Below are positions 29,824-40,761 of a stretch of DNA of 64,000 bases, piece after piece (positions within the stretch are counted from its first letter, which is position 1; each line of letters starts with the position of its first letter). The position numbers were made by a program, and so were the translations under genes. The notes under the pieces are model-generated. The model was not told the origin of the DNA and did not search any database. It saw only the letters and a program-made list of their open reading frames with translations. The stretch comes from Chthoniobacteraceae bacterium (GTDB lineage: Bacteria > Verrucomicrobiota > Verrucomicrobiia > Chthoniobacterales > Chthoniobacteraceae): the NCBI GenBank assembly GCA_037190965.1, contig JBBCKI010000050.1, positions 1 to 64,000 on the forward strand, read 5' to 3'.

Positions 29824-30846
29824 TCACGCGCGGTTTTGCCAATTCGCGACGGTCACCTCGCCGCCGGAGATCCTCACAGCCGTTCCGTCCTCCCGCCGCA
29901 CTCGCAGACTGCCGTCAGGTTCCAGCCCCTCGGCGATGCCATGAAAAGCCTCTGCGGGACCCGCAATCTCCACCCATTGGCCCAACAAACAGCTCCGCGT
30001 TTCGGCCTCGGCCACCAGCGAGGAAAAACCGTCGCCTTCCTCTTCGTCAAGCCGGTCGTAGAGCGTGTCGAGATGACGCAACAGTGCGGTGGCCACCTCC
30101 TGCCGATCCAGCGGCGGGACCTCTTCTCCCCCCGCCGCGAGACGCAGCGAAGTCGCCCGGCCCGCGAGTTCTTCGGGAAAATCGGCGGCCGTCTGGTTGA
30201 CATTCACGCCGATGCCGACAATCGCAAAATTCCCCGAAGAATCCGCCGCGCTTTCGATCAGGATGCCAACCGCCTTGCGGCCGGAAAGGTAGACGTCGTT
30301 GGGCCATTTGATGGCGGCGCGGCATCCCGGAAGCACCTCCTCCAGGCCGCGCGCCACCCCGAGCGCCGCCCAGGTGGTAAGCCTCGACCATCCCGCCATT
30401 GAAAGCGCGGGACGCAATAGCAACGAAAACCAAAGCCCCTTGCGCGCGGCGGAATCCCATCGTCGCCCGAGGCGTCCGCGCCCGGCGGTCTGACGCTCCG
30501 CAAAGACAACCAGCCCCTCGGGAGTTCCGGCACGGGCCAGCCGGGCGGCGACGTCGTTGGTCGAGCCGGTTTCCTCGAAGACCAGGATCTCCCGGGCGAT
30601 CTTCAACGGCGCCCCGTTGCGGGAGAGCAGGCCGCTTAGATCGTCGGCGATCAGCCGGTCGGGAACGCCGCTCATCCGATAGCCGAGATGCGGGACCAGC
30701 TCGATCTCGTAACCGGCCCCGCGAAGAATCGCAATCCGTGCTTCCAGTTCATCGGGGGTGAGTCCCGCCTGCGTGGCAAGTTCGGACACCGACAGGGAGA
30801 GAGCTGCCGTGCGCAAAGCGCGCAGGATTTTTGCGTCGGCGGTCAA
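29824..30846 (-). CDS. birA: Biotin-[acetyl-CoA-carboxylase] ligase with N-terminal HTH
   Basis: STND, QTAGRGRLGRRW, KWPND, KAVGIL and GIGVN motifs; TTG start. Confidence 0.93.
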   Translation of the reverse strand: MTADAKILRALRTAALSLSVSELATQAGLTPDELEARIAILRGAGYEIELVPHLGYRMSGVPDRLIADDLSGLLSRNGAPLKIAREILVFEETGSTNDVAARLARAGTPEGLVVFAERQTAGRGRLGRRWDSAARKGLWFSLLLRPALSMAGWSRLTTWAALGVARGLEEVLPGCRAAIKWPNDVYLSGRKAVGILIESAADSSGNFAIVGIGVNVNQTAADFPEELAGRATSLRLAAGGEEVPPLDRQEVATALLRHLDTLYDRLDEEEGDGFSSLVAEAETRSCLLGQWVEIAGPAEAFHGIAEGLEPDGSLRVRREDGTAVRISGGEVTVANWQNRA

Positions 30847-30847
30847 A

Positions 30848-31720
30848 TCAGGCGGACGGTTTCAGCTCCAGAGAAAAATCGAGCGCGCGCGCCGAATGGG
30901 TCAACGCGCCCACGGAGATGAAATCGACCCCCGTTTGCGCAATGGCCGACACGGTTTCGAGATTCACCCCGCCGCTGGCTTCCAGAGCCACCCTCCCCGC
31001 CGAAAGGCTTACCGCTTCGCGCAGTTCCTCAAGAGTCATATTATCGAGGAGGATCACATCGACCCCCTCCAGCGTCAGGAACCCTCTCACCTGCTCCAGC
31101 GTATCGGCCTCCAGTTCCACCCGAACGCCAGGCCGCTCCGCGCGCAAGCGCGCGATGGCGTTCCGCATGAAATGGAGATCGCCCCTGGCCGCAAGGTGAT
31201 TGTCCTTCACCATCGCCATGTCGTAGAGACCAAACCGGTGGTTGACGCCGCCGCCCGCCAGAACCGCAGCCTTTTCCAAAGCGCGCAGGCCGGGGGTGGT
31301 CTTGCGGGTATCGAGGATCCGTGCCGGGGCGTCGCCGACAAGATCGACAAACTTCCGCGTGAGCGTCGCCACGCCGGAAAGCCGCTGGATAAAATTGAGC
31401 GCGACACGCTCTGCCGTCAAAATGGACCGAACCGCCCCGGAAACGGTGAGCACCGCATCGCCCGGGGCCAGAAAATCCCCTTCCTGCCGCAGGATTTCCA
31501 CCCGGAGGGAAGGATCGACGCGCCGGAAAACCTCGGCGGCCACATTGCCCCCCGCCAGAACGCCGGGCTCCTTGGAGATGATTCGCCCGGCGCTTTGCTG
31601 GGCGGGATCGACGAAATACTCGCAGGTGACATCGCCTGGACCGACATCTTCGGCCAGAGCCATGGTGATGGCGCGATCGACGAATTCCTGATGGGCGGCG
31701 GAGTAAGGAGCGGCAGGCAC
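30848..31720 (-). CDS. nadC: Nicotinate-nucleotide diphosphorylase (carboxylating)
   Basis: ALAED.GPGDVT, DTRKTTPG, HRFGL, KDNH, LLDNM and EASGG motifs. Confidence 0.96.
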   Translation of the reverse strand: MPAAPYSAAHQEFVDRAITMALAEDVGPGDVTCEYFVDPAQQSAGRIISKEPGVLAGGNVAAEVFRRVDPSLRVEILRQEGDFLAPGDAVLTVSGAVRSILTAERVALNFIQRLSGVATLTRKFVDLVGDAPARILDTRKTTPGLRALEKAAVLAGGGVNHRFGLYDMAMVKDNHLAARGDLHFMRNAIARLRAERPGVRVELEADTLEQVRGFLTLEGVDVILLDNMTLEELREAVSLSAGRVALEASGGVNLETVSAIAQTGVDFISVGALTHSARALDFSLELKPSA

Positions 31721-31981
31721 GGTATGCTCACTATTTCGGACGCGGCGTTTTCGCAAGCCTTTGCTCCCGATGGGTTGACCTGGACAAAAAAAATGATCCG
31801 GGCCGCGCACTGCAATCGACAAGAAAAGCCGAAATCCCCCTAAGGACATCCGTGCCGATCGCGTGCGCTAACCCGGATCAACCCCCTAACGGAAATATCA
31901 GACAGGGCTCCATGGAAGACGTTCGAAAAAAGCTGAAAAAAATTTTCTTCATCTCCGGGCGGCACGGGATAGCTTGAGGGA

Positions 31982-32983
31982 ATGCTGGTTAAGACCATTG
32001 CCGTACTCACAAGCGGGGGCGACTCACCGGGGATGAACCCTGCGGTGCGCGCCGTCGCGCGGACCGCGCTCCGCAAAGGAATTCGCGTTTTCGGATTTTT
32101 CAACGGATATCAGGGGATTCTCGACGACGATCTCATGGAATTGACCAACCGGTCGTTGGCTGGGACGCTCGAACGAGGCGGCACCTTCCTACAATCGAGC
32201 CGTTGCCGGGCGTTTTACACAGCGGAAGGTCGGGCTTTGGCCGCGCGCAAGCTGGGAGATCATCACGTGGACGCATTGGTGGTCGTCGGCGGTGACGGTT
32301 CGCTCAAAGGGGCTTACGAACTCAACAAGCTCGGGGTCCCGGTGATCGGGCTCCCGGGCACCATCGACAACGATATTTACGGGACTGAGACCGGCATCGG
32401 CGTCGACACCACCTCCAACACCATCGTGGACATGATCGACAAGATCAAAGACACCGCCCGATCTCACCGGCGCTGTTTTCTGATCGAGGTGATGGGCCGC
32501 AACTCCGGCTATCTGGCGCTGACCACGGCGATCACCACCGGGGCGGAGGTCGCCGTTATCCCGGAGTTCCGCTACAACATGCCGCGCATCCTGGAAATGC
32601 TGGCGAGCCGCTACCGGAACCGGCTCAACGACTCCATCATCATCCTCGCAGAGGGAGTTTGCGACGCCGAAACGTTCATCCAGCGGATGCAGGAAGCCGG
32701 GGGCGATCAACTCAAGCAGGAGGTCCGCAAGACCGTGCTCGGGTATGTCCAGCGCGGCGGCAGCCCCTCAAGCGCGGATCGCCTGCTGGCAAGCCAGATG
32801 GGCGAGTTTGCCGTGCTCGCGCTTTTACAGGGAGAACGGAACGCGCTCGTCGGCCTCAATCGCGGGCGGCTCTCCCTTGTCGATCTCGAAAAAGTCTGCA
32901 CCACCAAGAAACAGCTCCCGACCGATAAAATTCGCCTCGCGCGGCATCTTGGCGTGGAGATCGGCGATCCAGTCGAGACGTAA
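31982..32983 (+). CDS. pfkA: 6-phosphofructokinase
   Basis: TSGGDSPGMN, GGDGS, PGTIDND, EVMGR and LGYVQRGG motifs. Confidence 0.95.
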   Translation: MLVKTIAVLTSGGDSPGMNPAVRAVARTALRKGIRVFGFFNGYQGILDDDLMELTNRSLAGTLERGGTFLQSSRCRAFYTAEGRALAARKLGDHHVDALVVVGGDGSLKGAYELNKLGVPVIGLPGTIDNDIYGTETGIGVDTTSNTIVDMIDKIKDTARSHRRCFLIEVMGRNSGYLALTTAITTGAEVAVIPEFRYNMPRILEMLASRYRNRLNDSIIILAEGVCDAETFIQRMQEAGGDQLKQEVRKTVLGYVQRGGSPSSADRLLASQMGEFAVLALLQGERNALVGLNRGRLSLVDLEKVCTTKKQLPTDKIRLARHLGVEIGDPVET

Positions 32984-33005
32984 GCGAGCCATCTTCTCTT
33001 CGCCC

Positions 33006-34760
33006 ATGAGCACCATGACCAAGGACGACATCGCCAGTATTCTGGAAGCCGTAGCCCGGCTTCTGGAAATGAAGGGCGAGAATCTTTTCAAGGTGCGGGC
33101 CTACCAGAATGCTGCCCGCGCGGTTGAGACCTACGCGGGCAATCTGGAGCGAGCAGCGAACGAGGGGACCCTCACCGACATTCCCGGGATCGGCAAATCG
33201 GTGGCGGACAAAATCACCGAGCTTTTCGAGACCGGCGCGCTCGCCTACTACGAGGAGTTGAAGGCGCTCTTCCCAGCTGGCCTGTTCGAGTTGTTTGAAC
33301 TGCAGGGCCTCGGGGCAAAGAAAGTCCGGGTTCTCCATGAAAAACTCGCCATCGCCTCGCTGGCCGACCTGGAGGCCGCTTGCGACGACGGGCGGGTGGC
33401 CGCTCTGGCCGGGTTTGGCGAAAAAACAGCAACGAACCTGAAGCAGGCCATCGAGCAACGCCAGAGCCACGTGGGGAGTTTTCTGCTGGGTGATGTGGCT
33501 GCTTCGGCGGAACAGCTCTATGATGATCTCCGCGATCACCCCGATGTGTTGCAGGCGGCGATTGCGGGCAGCTACCGACGTCGCAAGGAAGTGGTGCACG
33601 ATCTCGATTTTCTGGCTGCCTCCATCGCGCCCGAACGGGTGATGAACTTTTTCATCACACACCCACTGGTGGAGAGCGTGATCGCCCAGGGCCCGACAAA
33701 ATCGTCCGTCCGCCTCAAGGGCGGTCCACAGGCCGACCTCCGCGTCGTGACGGGGGAGCAATTCCCCTTCGCTCTCAACTACTTCACCGGGAGCAAGGAG
33801 CACAACATCGTCATGCGCGGCAAGGCGCTCCAGCACGGCTGGACGCTCAATGAGTACCGCCTTGGCCCCGTGGAGGGAGGCCGGACGCCCGCAAAACCGG
33901 TCCCCATCATTCACGAGGAGCGCGATCTCTATCGGGCGCTGGGGCTCGACTACATCGAGCCGGAGCTTCGGGAGAATCTTGGGGAATTCGAGGCGGCGGA
34001 AACGCACACCCTCCCCAAGCTGGTGGAACTGGCCAATCTGCGCGGCACCTTTCACAACCACACCACCGCGAGCGATGGCCGCAGCACGCTGGAAGAGATG
34101 GCGGAAGCAGCTCAGGAGCTTGGGCTGGAATACCTCGGGATCGCCGATCACTCGAAGAGCTCCTTTCAAGCCCACGGGCTCTCCGAAAAGCAACTGCTCG
34201 AACAGGGCCGGGAGATCGCGCGGCTCAACAAAGGGTACGACGGATTCAAACTCTTTGCGGGGACGGAGTGCGACATCCTCAAGGACGGTTCACTCGATTT
34301 TTCCGACGAAGTGCTGGCGAGCCTCGATTACGTGGTCGCCAGCGTCCACGCGGTCTTTACGCTTCCGGAAGCCGAGATGACCAAACGGATCATCGCGGCG
34401 ATCTCCAATCCGCATGTCACCATGCTGGGGCATCTTACGGGGAGGCTGCTTCTCTCCCGGAAGCCGTACGCGCTCGACATCCCCGCCGTCATTGAGGCGG
34501 CGGCGGAGACAGGGACGATCATCGAACTCAATGCCAACCCGCACCGTCTGGAACTGGACTGGCATTGGTGGCCGCTTGCCAAGGAAAAGGGAGTCCGCTG
34601 CGCGATCAACCCCGACGCGCACCATACCTCGGGCCTCCAGTACCTCTGGTTTGGCGTCGCCGCCGCCCGCAAGGGATGGCTTACCCGGCATGACGTCATC
34701 AACTGTCTGCCGCTTGGAAAAATCGAGGCGGTTCTCGCAGCAAAGCGGAAGAAGAAATAG
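33006..34760 (+). CDS. polX: DNA polymerase X with C-terminal PHP domain
   Basis: HhH motifs; GSYRRRKEVVHDLD; YFTGSKEHN; PHP motifs HNHTTASDG, DHS and DAH. Confidence 0.93.
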   Translation: MSTMTKDDIASILEAVARLLEMKGENLFKVRAYQNAARAVETYAGNLERAANEGTLTDIPGIGKSVADKITELFETGALAYYEELKALFPAGLFELFELQGLGAKKVRVLHEKLAIASLADLEAACDDGRVAALAGFGEKTATNLKQAIEQRQSHVGSFLLGDVAASAEQLYDDLRDHPDVLQAAIAGSYRRRKEVVHDLDFLAASIAPERVMNFFITHPLVESVIAQGPTKSSVRLKGGPQADLRVVTGEQFPFALNYFTGSKEHNIVMRGKALQHGWTLNEYRLGPVEGGRTPAKPVPIIHEERDLYRALGLDYIEPELRENLGEFEAAETHTLPKLVELANLRGTFHNHTTASDGRSTLEEMAEAAQELGLEYLGIADHSKSSFQAHGLSEKQLLEQGREIARLNKGYDGFKLFAGTECDILKDGSLDFSDEVLASLDYVVASVHAVFTLPEAEMTKRIIAAISNPHVTMLGHLTGRLLLSRKPYALDIPAVIEAAAETGTIIELNANPHRLELDWHWWPLAKEKGVRCAINPDAHHTSGLQYLWFGVAAARKGWLTRHDVINCLPLGKIEAVLAAKRKKK

Positions 34761-34811
34761 AGGGCCTTTGGCCCTGGGCTGCGCCGCCGGCCATGCTTGG
34801 TCGAAAAACAC

Positions 34812-34837
34812 CACGGCCCCTTGCCGTGTCTTTTTTT
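34812..34837 (+). terminator. Intrinsic terminator after polX
   Basis: CACGGC-CCCTT-GCCGTG followed by TC and T7. Confidence 0.7.
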
Positions 34838-34942
34838 ATCCATTTTTAATCCCCCGTCAGAAGGGGGAAATTTCCTTGGCCTCCAGGAATTTTTGAAAAT
34901 TTTTCAGAGAAAAAACAGTCCTCTGAACTCGCGGAAAACCGC

Positions 34943-34959
34943 CTGGCACGATGGATGCT
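34943..34959 (+). promoter_or_regulatory. Sigma54 (-24/-12) promoter of amtB
   Basis: CTGGCACGATGGATGCT with exact GG-N10-GC spacing. Confidence 0.8.
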
Positions 34960-34974
34960 AAAGCGGCCCCGCGT

Positions 34975-36447
34975 ATGAAACCATTCCTTCTGCGGCTTGC
35001 GTGCGCTGGCGTGCTGGCCGTTTCGCTCACCCACCAACCCGCTCTTGCGGAAGAGACCAAACCGGCCCCCTCGCCCACGCTGGAACAACGTGTGGCCGGG
35101 CTCGAAGCCTATCTGAACAATACCGACCCCTCAGCCCCTCTGGCCGATGCGGAGGGAAATGTTCCGGAAGGCTTGAAGACCCCCTCGGTCGGGGTTGCCG
35201 GCCCGGGCCATAACGCCTGGATGATGACCTCCGCCGCGCTCGTTCTTTTCATGACGCTCCCCGGCCTGGCTCTCTTCTATGGCGGCCTGGTGCGCCGGAA
35301 AAACATCCTCTCCGTGCTCGCCCAGTGTCTCGGCATCACGGCGCTGGTCACGGTGCTCTGGTGGGCCTTCGGGTACACGATGGTGTTTGGCCCGGGAGGC
35401 AATCCTTTCTTCGGCGGATCGGGGTATGCCTTTCTCAAGGGAGTGACCTCCGAGCCCAATACGGCGATTGCTCCCTGGGTTTCGCATAACGTCTTCGCCA
35501 TGTTCCAGATGATGTTTGCCATCATCACTCCCGCGCTCATCATTGGCGCCATCGCCGAACGGATGCGCTTTGTGGCGGTGCTTGGGTTCACGGCACTCTG
35601 GATGGTCCTGGTCTATTTCCCCATGGCGCACATGATCTGGGGCGGAAACGGCTTTATGAACGGGATCGGCAATTCCGACGCGGTGATCAAGGCGATCGAC
35701 TTCGCGGGAGGAACCGTCGTTCACATGTCATCGGGTTGGAGCGCCCTGGCGCTCTGCATCATCCTCGGCAAGCGCGACGGCTTCGGCAAAGAGTCCTTTG
35801 CCCCGCATAATCTCGTGCTCTGCATGGTCGGTACGGGAATCCTCTGGGTTGGCTGGTATGGGTTCAACGCCGGTAGCGCCCTCTCCGCCGACGGGGTTGC
35901 CGCCAACGCGTTCATGACAACCACTCTCGCAACCGCGGTCGCCGCCGGTGTGTGGGGTTTGATGGAGTTCTTCACCCGCGGCAAGGCGAGCGTGCTCGGC
36001 TTCTGCTCGGGCGTGGTGGCCGGGCTGGTGGTGATCACCCCCGCCGCCGGTTTTGTGAATTCGACCGGAGCAGTCATCATGGGAGTCCTCGCGGGCGTCA
36101 TTCCGTTCTTCGCCGTCGTCAAACTCAAAGGCTGGATCGGCTATGACGACTCCCTGGACACCTTCGGCATCCACGGCGTAGGGGGCACCCTCGGCGCTCT
36201 CCTGACCGGTTTCCTCGCGACTCCCGAGGTCAATGGCGCCCTCGACAACAATCTGAAAGAGATTGTCGGAAAAACCCTTTGGCTTGAGCAATTGAAGGCG
36301 ATAGGCTTCACTATCGTACTGGCCGTCGTAGCCACGGTCATTATTGCCTATATCCTCAAAGCTGTGACCACCCTCCGCACAACACCCGAAGTTGAAACCG
36401 CCGGGCTTGACGTTGCGGAACACGGGGAGGAAGGCTATATCCTTTAG
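34975..36447 (+). CDS. amtB: Ammonium transporter
   Basis: MTLPGLALFYGG, FQMMFA, DFAGGTVVH, GWYGFNAGS and DDSLDTFGIHG motifs; signal peptide. Confidence 0.96.
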   Translation: MKPFLLRLACAGVLAVSLTHQPALAEETKPAPSPTLEQRVAGLEAYLNNTDPSAPLADAEGNVPEGLKTPSVGVAGPGHNAWMMTSAALVLFMTLPGLALFYGGLVRRKNILSVLAQCLGITALVTVLWWAFGYTMVFGPGGNPFFGGSGYAFLKGVTSEPNTAIAPWVSHNVFAMFQMMFAIITPALIIGAIAERMRFVAVLGFTALWMVLVYFPMAHMIWGGNGFMNGIGNSDAVIKAIDFAGGTVVHMSSGWSALALCIILGKRDGFGKESFAPHNLVLCMVGTGILWVGWYGFNAGSALSADGVAANAFMTTTLATAVAAGVWGLMEFFTRGKASVLGFCSGVVAGLVVITPAAGFVNSTGAVIMGVLAGVIPFFAVVKLKGWIGYDDSLDTFGIHGVGGTLGALLTGFLATPEVNGALDNNLKEIVGKTLWLEQLKAIGFTIVLAVVATVIIAYILKAVTTLRTTPEVETAGLDVAEHGEEGYIL

Positions 36448-36830
<383 letters not shown>

Positions 36831-36831
<1 letters not shown>

Positions 36832-36994
36832 GGAATCGCTGATTAAATGGAGCATGACGAAAGCGCAGGCAGTTTGGATGGATTTCCAAAGTCGTTTTTC
36901 CGCAGCCTGTCTGAAGACAGGTGAGGAAAAATCGGGTTGGAAAGACGCCAAAATGACAAGCTTGCGGCATAGCTCGCTTTAATCAGTGGTTTCC
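36831..36994. mobile_element. 164-bp MITE-like rod-shaped element (family B) with IS5-like TIRs
   Basis: TIRs GGGAATCGCTGATTAAA / TTTAATCAGTGGTTTCC (14/17 match), flanked by TA on each side; interior self-complementary. Confidence 0.75.
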
Positions 36995-37136
36995 TAACCA
37001 AAGTCAGATTCCGTTGGATGTTCCAGGCGGCCAGGGTGAAAGCCCTGGCCGTCTTGCTGTTTGCAAACCCTGCACGGTTCTTCGCCGTTTTCAGTGGAAT
37101 CCAACGGCGGCAGCCATGTTTTGGTGCGGCAGCACC

Positions 37137-37282
37137 GGTAGCCCGCTCGCGCCGTCGAGCGCGGGTATCGGTTCCCATAGCTTCATGAGGGCCGCATCCC
37201 GGGTACCAACAGCCCGTCCTGCGGGATGGGCGTCAAACGCGACTCTTCACCCATTCCGCGCTCTCGGCGAGAGCGGGCTACC
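37137..37282. repeat. REPIN
   Basis: GGTAGCCCGCTCGCGCCGTCGAGCGCGGG ... CCGCGCTCTCGGCGAGAGCGGGCTACC. Confidence 0.92.
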
Positions 37283-37369
37283 TTGTGCTATCTTGCGCTC
37301 TCGCACAAAACGGCAAACGCCCGTGAGCGACTAATCGCATCACGGGCGCTTACAAGGTGCGTTATATGA

Positions 37370-38716
37370 TCAAATCAAATCGCCGAGGCGTTGCGTCCCG
37401 GGATTGAGCGGGATGAGGTCATCGACCTGCACAGGCAGGCCGCTCTTGATCGACTGGTTCGCGGCGATGCCGATGAGCGCGGAGGCAGCTCCCTGCTCGT
37501 GACCGGCAGAGCGGGCATAGGGGTCCTGCGGGGCGTTGTCGGAAAAGATCTGCTCCTGAATAAGCCTGTCTCCGCCACCGTGGCCGCCTTCGCAGGAGGG
37601 AATCTCCACCATGTAAGGCTTCCCGAATAGCGGCAACACTTTCAGGCTCCGGCTCCCACCCGCCTGCTCTTTGGCAAGCTGGCTGTCGGACTGCCCGGAG
37701 ATCACGTGAGTCCGGTGCATCTCCTCGTACTCGATCCGACCGCGATCTCCGGTGATGCTGGCGCGGAAGCCTTCTTCGAGGCAGAACGCGTTGAGGCTGT
37801 AGTTGAGCATCACGCCGTCGCGGTAGCGGACGAGCACCGACATGGAGTCTTCGATGTCGATCCCTTCGCGGAAGACGTTGCGGTCGCGGATATAGCCGGT
37901 TTCGGCCTCGGCATCGCGGTAGATCGCCTTGCCACCCTCGGTGCCATCGAGATTGAAGTAAAAGGGATCGGACTCCTTCGCGGGCGAATCGGTGTAGCGT
38001 TCGTACTCCGTCAGAGCCTTGTCGCCACGGGCAATGGCATTCTCCTTCCCGTAGAAAACGAGGTCGCCCATGCAATAGACCGTTTGGGGAATCCCGTCGA
38101 CCCACCAGTTGACGAGATCGAAGTGGTGCGTCGATTTATGCACAAGAAGGCCGCCGGAGCTGGCCTTGTTGCTGTGCCAGCGGCGGAAATAGTCAGCCCC
38201 GTGGCTGGTATCGAGCAGGTACTCCATCTTCACGTGCTTGACCTTGCCGATCGCGCCGTTCTGGATGAGCTCGCGGACTTTCGTGACGCCCGGGCTCCAA
38301 CGAAGGTTGAAGGTGACGCGGACCTTGCCGCTCGTTCGCTCGATCGCTTCAAAAATGGCGCGGCACTTCTCGTCGTCAACCGTGATCGGTTTTTCGCAAA
38401 CCACGTCGCACCCTTTGTCCAGGCTGCGGATGACGTATTCGTGATGGACGGAATCCATCGTGCAAACGATCACGACATCGGGCTTCATCTCGTCGATCAT
38501 GCGATCGAAGTCGGCGGCGGCGTAGGTGCGAATCTCCCCGGTGTACCCATACTCCTGCGCCAGCCGGTTGCGATGGTAATCCATGCGCACCTGGCTCAGG
38601 TCGCAAAGCGCGAGAAGTTCGCAGTGATCCGCGTAATCCCGGATGATCGGATCAATGAACATCGGGATTCGCCCGCCGGTGCCCACCGCGACAAATTTTT
38701 TCTTTTTATGAGACAT
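37370..38716 (-). CDS. Gfo/Idh/MocA oxidoreductase (YteT-like)
   Basis: VGTGGR, CEKP, HGADYFRRWH, LLVHKSTHHFD and GHGGGD motifs. Confidence 0.92.
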   Translation of the reverse strand: MSHKKKKFVAVGTGGRIPMFIDPIIRDYADHCELLALCDLSQVRMDYHRNRLAQEYGYTGEIRTYAAADFDRMIDEMKPDVVIVCTMDSVHHEYVIRSLDKGCDVVCEKPITVDDEKCRAIFEAIERTSGKVRVTFNLRWSPGVTKVRELIQNGAIGKVKHVKMEYLLDTSHGADYFRRWHSNKASSGGLLVHKSTHHFDLVNWWVDGIPQTVYCMGDLVFYGKENAIARGDKALTEYERYTDSPAKESDPFYFNLDGTEGGKAIYRDAEAETGYIRDRNVFREGIDIEDSMSVLVRYRDGVMLNYSLNAFCLEEGFRASITGDRGRIEYEEMHRTHVISGQSDSQLAKEQAGGSRSLKVLPLFGKPYMVEIPSCEGGHGGGDRLIQEQIFSDNAPQDPYARSAGHEQGAASALIGIAANQSIKSGLPVQVDDLIPLNPGTQRLGDLI

Positions 38717-38793
38717 AGACCAGTAAAAGACCAATAGAGGACCGAAAAAAGACCCAGCCGCATCGGCATCGTGTCGAGCAGGCTGCTTTTTGG

Positions 38794-38822
38794 GTTTTAT
38801 GAGAAAGCGTGCCCCGGGTCAA
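38794..38822 (-). promoter_or_regulatory. Sigma70-type promoter of the oxidoreductase
   Basis: TTGACC-N17-TAAAAC. Confidence 0.5.
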
Positions 38823-38887
38823 CGGGATTAGGAGAAAATTTGCCAACTGCCACGTGGCAATTCAACGCGCACGAGCCTTCCACCCGC

Positions 38888-39637
38888 CTACGGCCTGGCG
38901 GGTAATTTCAGCAAATCGTCGCTGATCTGAAAAACATCGCCCTTCTCCCAAGCATCCGCGCCAGGGGCGATTTCTCCCGGTTTGATGTTCTTCTGGCGGT
39001 CGGCCCGTATCTTGGCAGAGTCGATTTTGAGATCCTTGTCACGCTGCTCGACCATCTTTGGATCGGCCTGCCCGTCGGCTGTAAAGCCCATCATCAGTTT
39101 CGGCAGGCCAAGCGGGAGCTTATCGCCGCGATCGACCTGCCAGGTGTGCCATGTCTTCCCGTAAGTGGTGACGAGCTTCTGCATCAACTCCCGTTCCGCG
39201 ACGGCCGGAATGCCCGGTGCGACAAGCTGGCCGCTCATGACTTCGTACCGATGTGAGTGCCAAAGTTTTTTCTCCTCCTCCGGGAGCTGTTTGAAGAGCG
39301 CCTCGGAGATAATGTATTCGATGCCGATGAGACGGGCGTTCTTTCCCTCGGAGTCGTAGATGACGCACTGGAGCACGTCCTCATTCAAATGGGAACAATA
39401 GTGCTCGGCACGCAATTGCCGCTTCATGTCACCGTTGTAGAAATGAAAACCGCAGACATGCCCATGGATCGCGGCGGTCGGCGATTTCTCCTGCAAAAGT
39501 TCGGCTCCGGCCTCGAGCGTTTTGGTTTTGCCGGTCTTTTCTCCACCGGGAACAGGTGGCTCCTTCTCCTGCGCGAAGAGCGGTGAAACCAGCAATGAAA
39601 GGGAAATCAGGTGAAAAATAGCGGCGCTTCTTTTCAT
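38888..39637 (-). CDS. OBAP/DUF1264 family protein, secreted
   Basis: GFHFY, HYCSH, QCVIYD, LIGIEYII, LWHSH.YEV and TYGKTWHTWQ motifs; signal peptide. Confidence 0.9.
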   Translation of the reverse strand: MKRSAAIFHLISLSLLVSPLFAQEKEPPVPGGEKTGKTKTLEAGAELLQEKSPTAAIHGHVCGFHFYNGDMKRQLRAEHYCSHLNEDVLQCVIYDSEGKNARLIGIEYIISEALFKQLPEEEKKLWHSHRYEVMSGQLVAPGIPAVAERELMQKLVTTYGKTWHTWQVDRGDKLPLGLPKLMMGFTADGQADPKMVEQRDKDLKIDSAKIRADRQKNIKPGEIAPGADAWEKGDVFQISDDLLKLPARP

Positions 39638-39800
39638 GAAGAAGCAATCGTCCCCTGATGCAAATCCACGTGGATCGGCACAAACACCCAAAAAGGGTTC
39701 GAGCCAAGGTCACCAAGCTCGCCAAGGGTCAGAATTTTCTGATTTTGGCGGACTTCGCGTCCTTGGCGCGAGATATTCCTGCTTCCGGTTTTTCGGAAAA

Positions 39801-40739
39801 TCAGTGCATTTCCGCCCCGACTTTGCCCAGACCGCCGCGGAAGAAATTGAACTGAACGTTGGGGTGATCCGCAAGAAGCGACATCGGACAGGAGCTGTCC
39901 GCGATTCCCTTGGAGATCATCAACGTCGTCAAGCGCATGCCGAAGGGGCTATCATGCATCCCGGCCTGCCAGATCGAAACGCGATCGGCCTTCCAGGTCT
40001 CAACCGGGCCGACGGTTGCCGCCACCGTTGGAACGCTGGAGACATCGCCGCCGCCGGAAGTACGGGCGTTCTGGATGATCGTCACCGGATGCAGCTTCAC
40101 CACGCGGGTCTTCAGCTTGCGGTATTCCTCGGGAGTGGGAGGCGCGTCCTTGTACGCGCCGGTGCGCGGGAGAGGATCGTTGAAAGCCCAGTGCTTGATC
40201 TCCCCCTGCCCGCCCTGCATGACGGCGCAGCGGATGGAATCGAACGAGTTGCTGTAAGCATCGAGATCGCTGCCGGTTGGGAAGTGCATGTTGCACTCAT
40301 CGAGGCGGAACTTCTCGTCCATCCGGTTAAAGCAAAGCTCCTTGTCGGCTTTGGAGAAAGAGAGCGGGTGCGATGTGTCCACGGCCACGCCGTTCTCGAC
40401 CCATTCATCCATGCCCCAGAAGTGGGCGCCCTTCTTCTTCAGGTCGAGCCCGAGCGAATTGACGATTCGGGCGACGAGCGGAAGTTGCTCCGTCGGCCCG
40501 ATGGGGCCACAGATCCCAACCGGGTTGTCCGGGGTGGATTGCTGCCAGGCTTCGATGTATTCCAGCGCCTCCGCGCAATAGAAGTCTTCCAGCGTATCGT
40601 AGAAAACGATCTTGAACCCTGGACGCTGGAGGCCCCGGATTGCGTTTTCGTCCAGTTTCGCCGCGTCGCGCAGCAGTTCAGGATCGAGCGTGGTGTAATC
40701 CCACCAATCGGGAGCGAGTTTGCTAAGAGGACGTGCCAT
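39801..40739 (-). CDS. Glucosamine-6-phosphate isomerase/deaminase (NagB)-like protein, divergent
   Basis: [29 protein letters not shown] and [11 protein letters not shown] motifs. Confidence 0.75.
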   Translation of the reverse strand: MARPLSKLAPDWWDYTTLDPELLRDAAKLDENAIRGLQRPGFKIVFYDTLEDFYCAEALEYIEAWQQSTPDNPVGICGPIGPTEQLPLVARIVNSLGLDLKKKGAHFWGMDEWVENGVAVDTSHPLSFSKADKELCFNRMDEKFRLDECNMHFPTGSDLDAYSNSFDSIRCAVMQGGQGEIKHWAFNDPLPRTGAYKDAPPTPEEYRKLKTRVVKLHPVTIIQNARTSGGGDVSSVPTVAATVGPVETWKADRVSIWQAGMHDSPFGMRLTTLMISKGIADSSCPMSLLADHPNVQFNFFRGGLGKVGAEMH

Positions 40740-40761
40740 GGTTTTAGGAGGTCTTGGGAGG

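Noticed and set aside
29401..29944. ORFs over rnpB
   Set aside because: Region is explained by RNase P RNA
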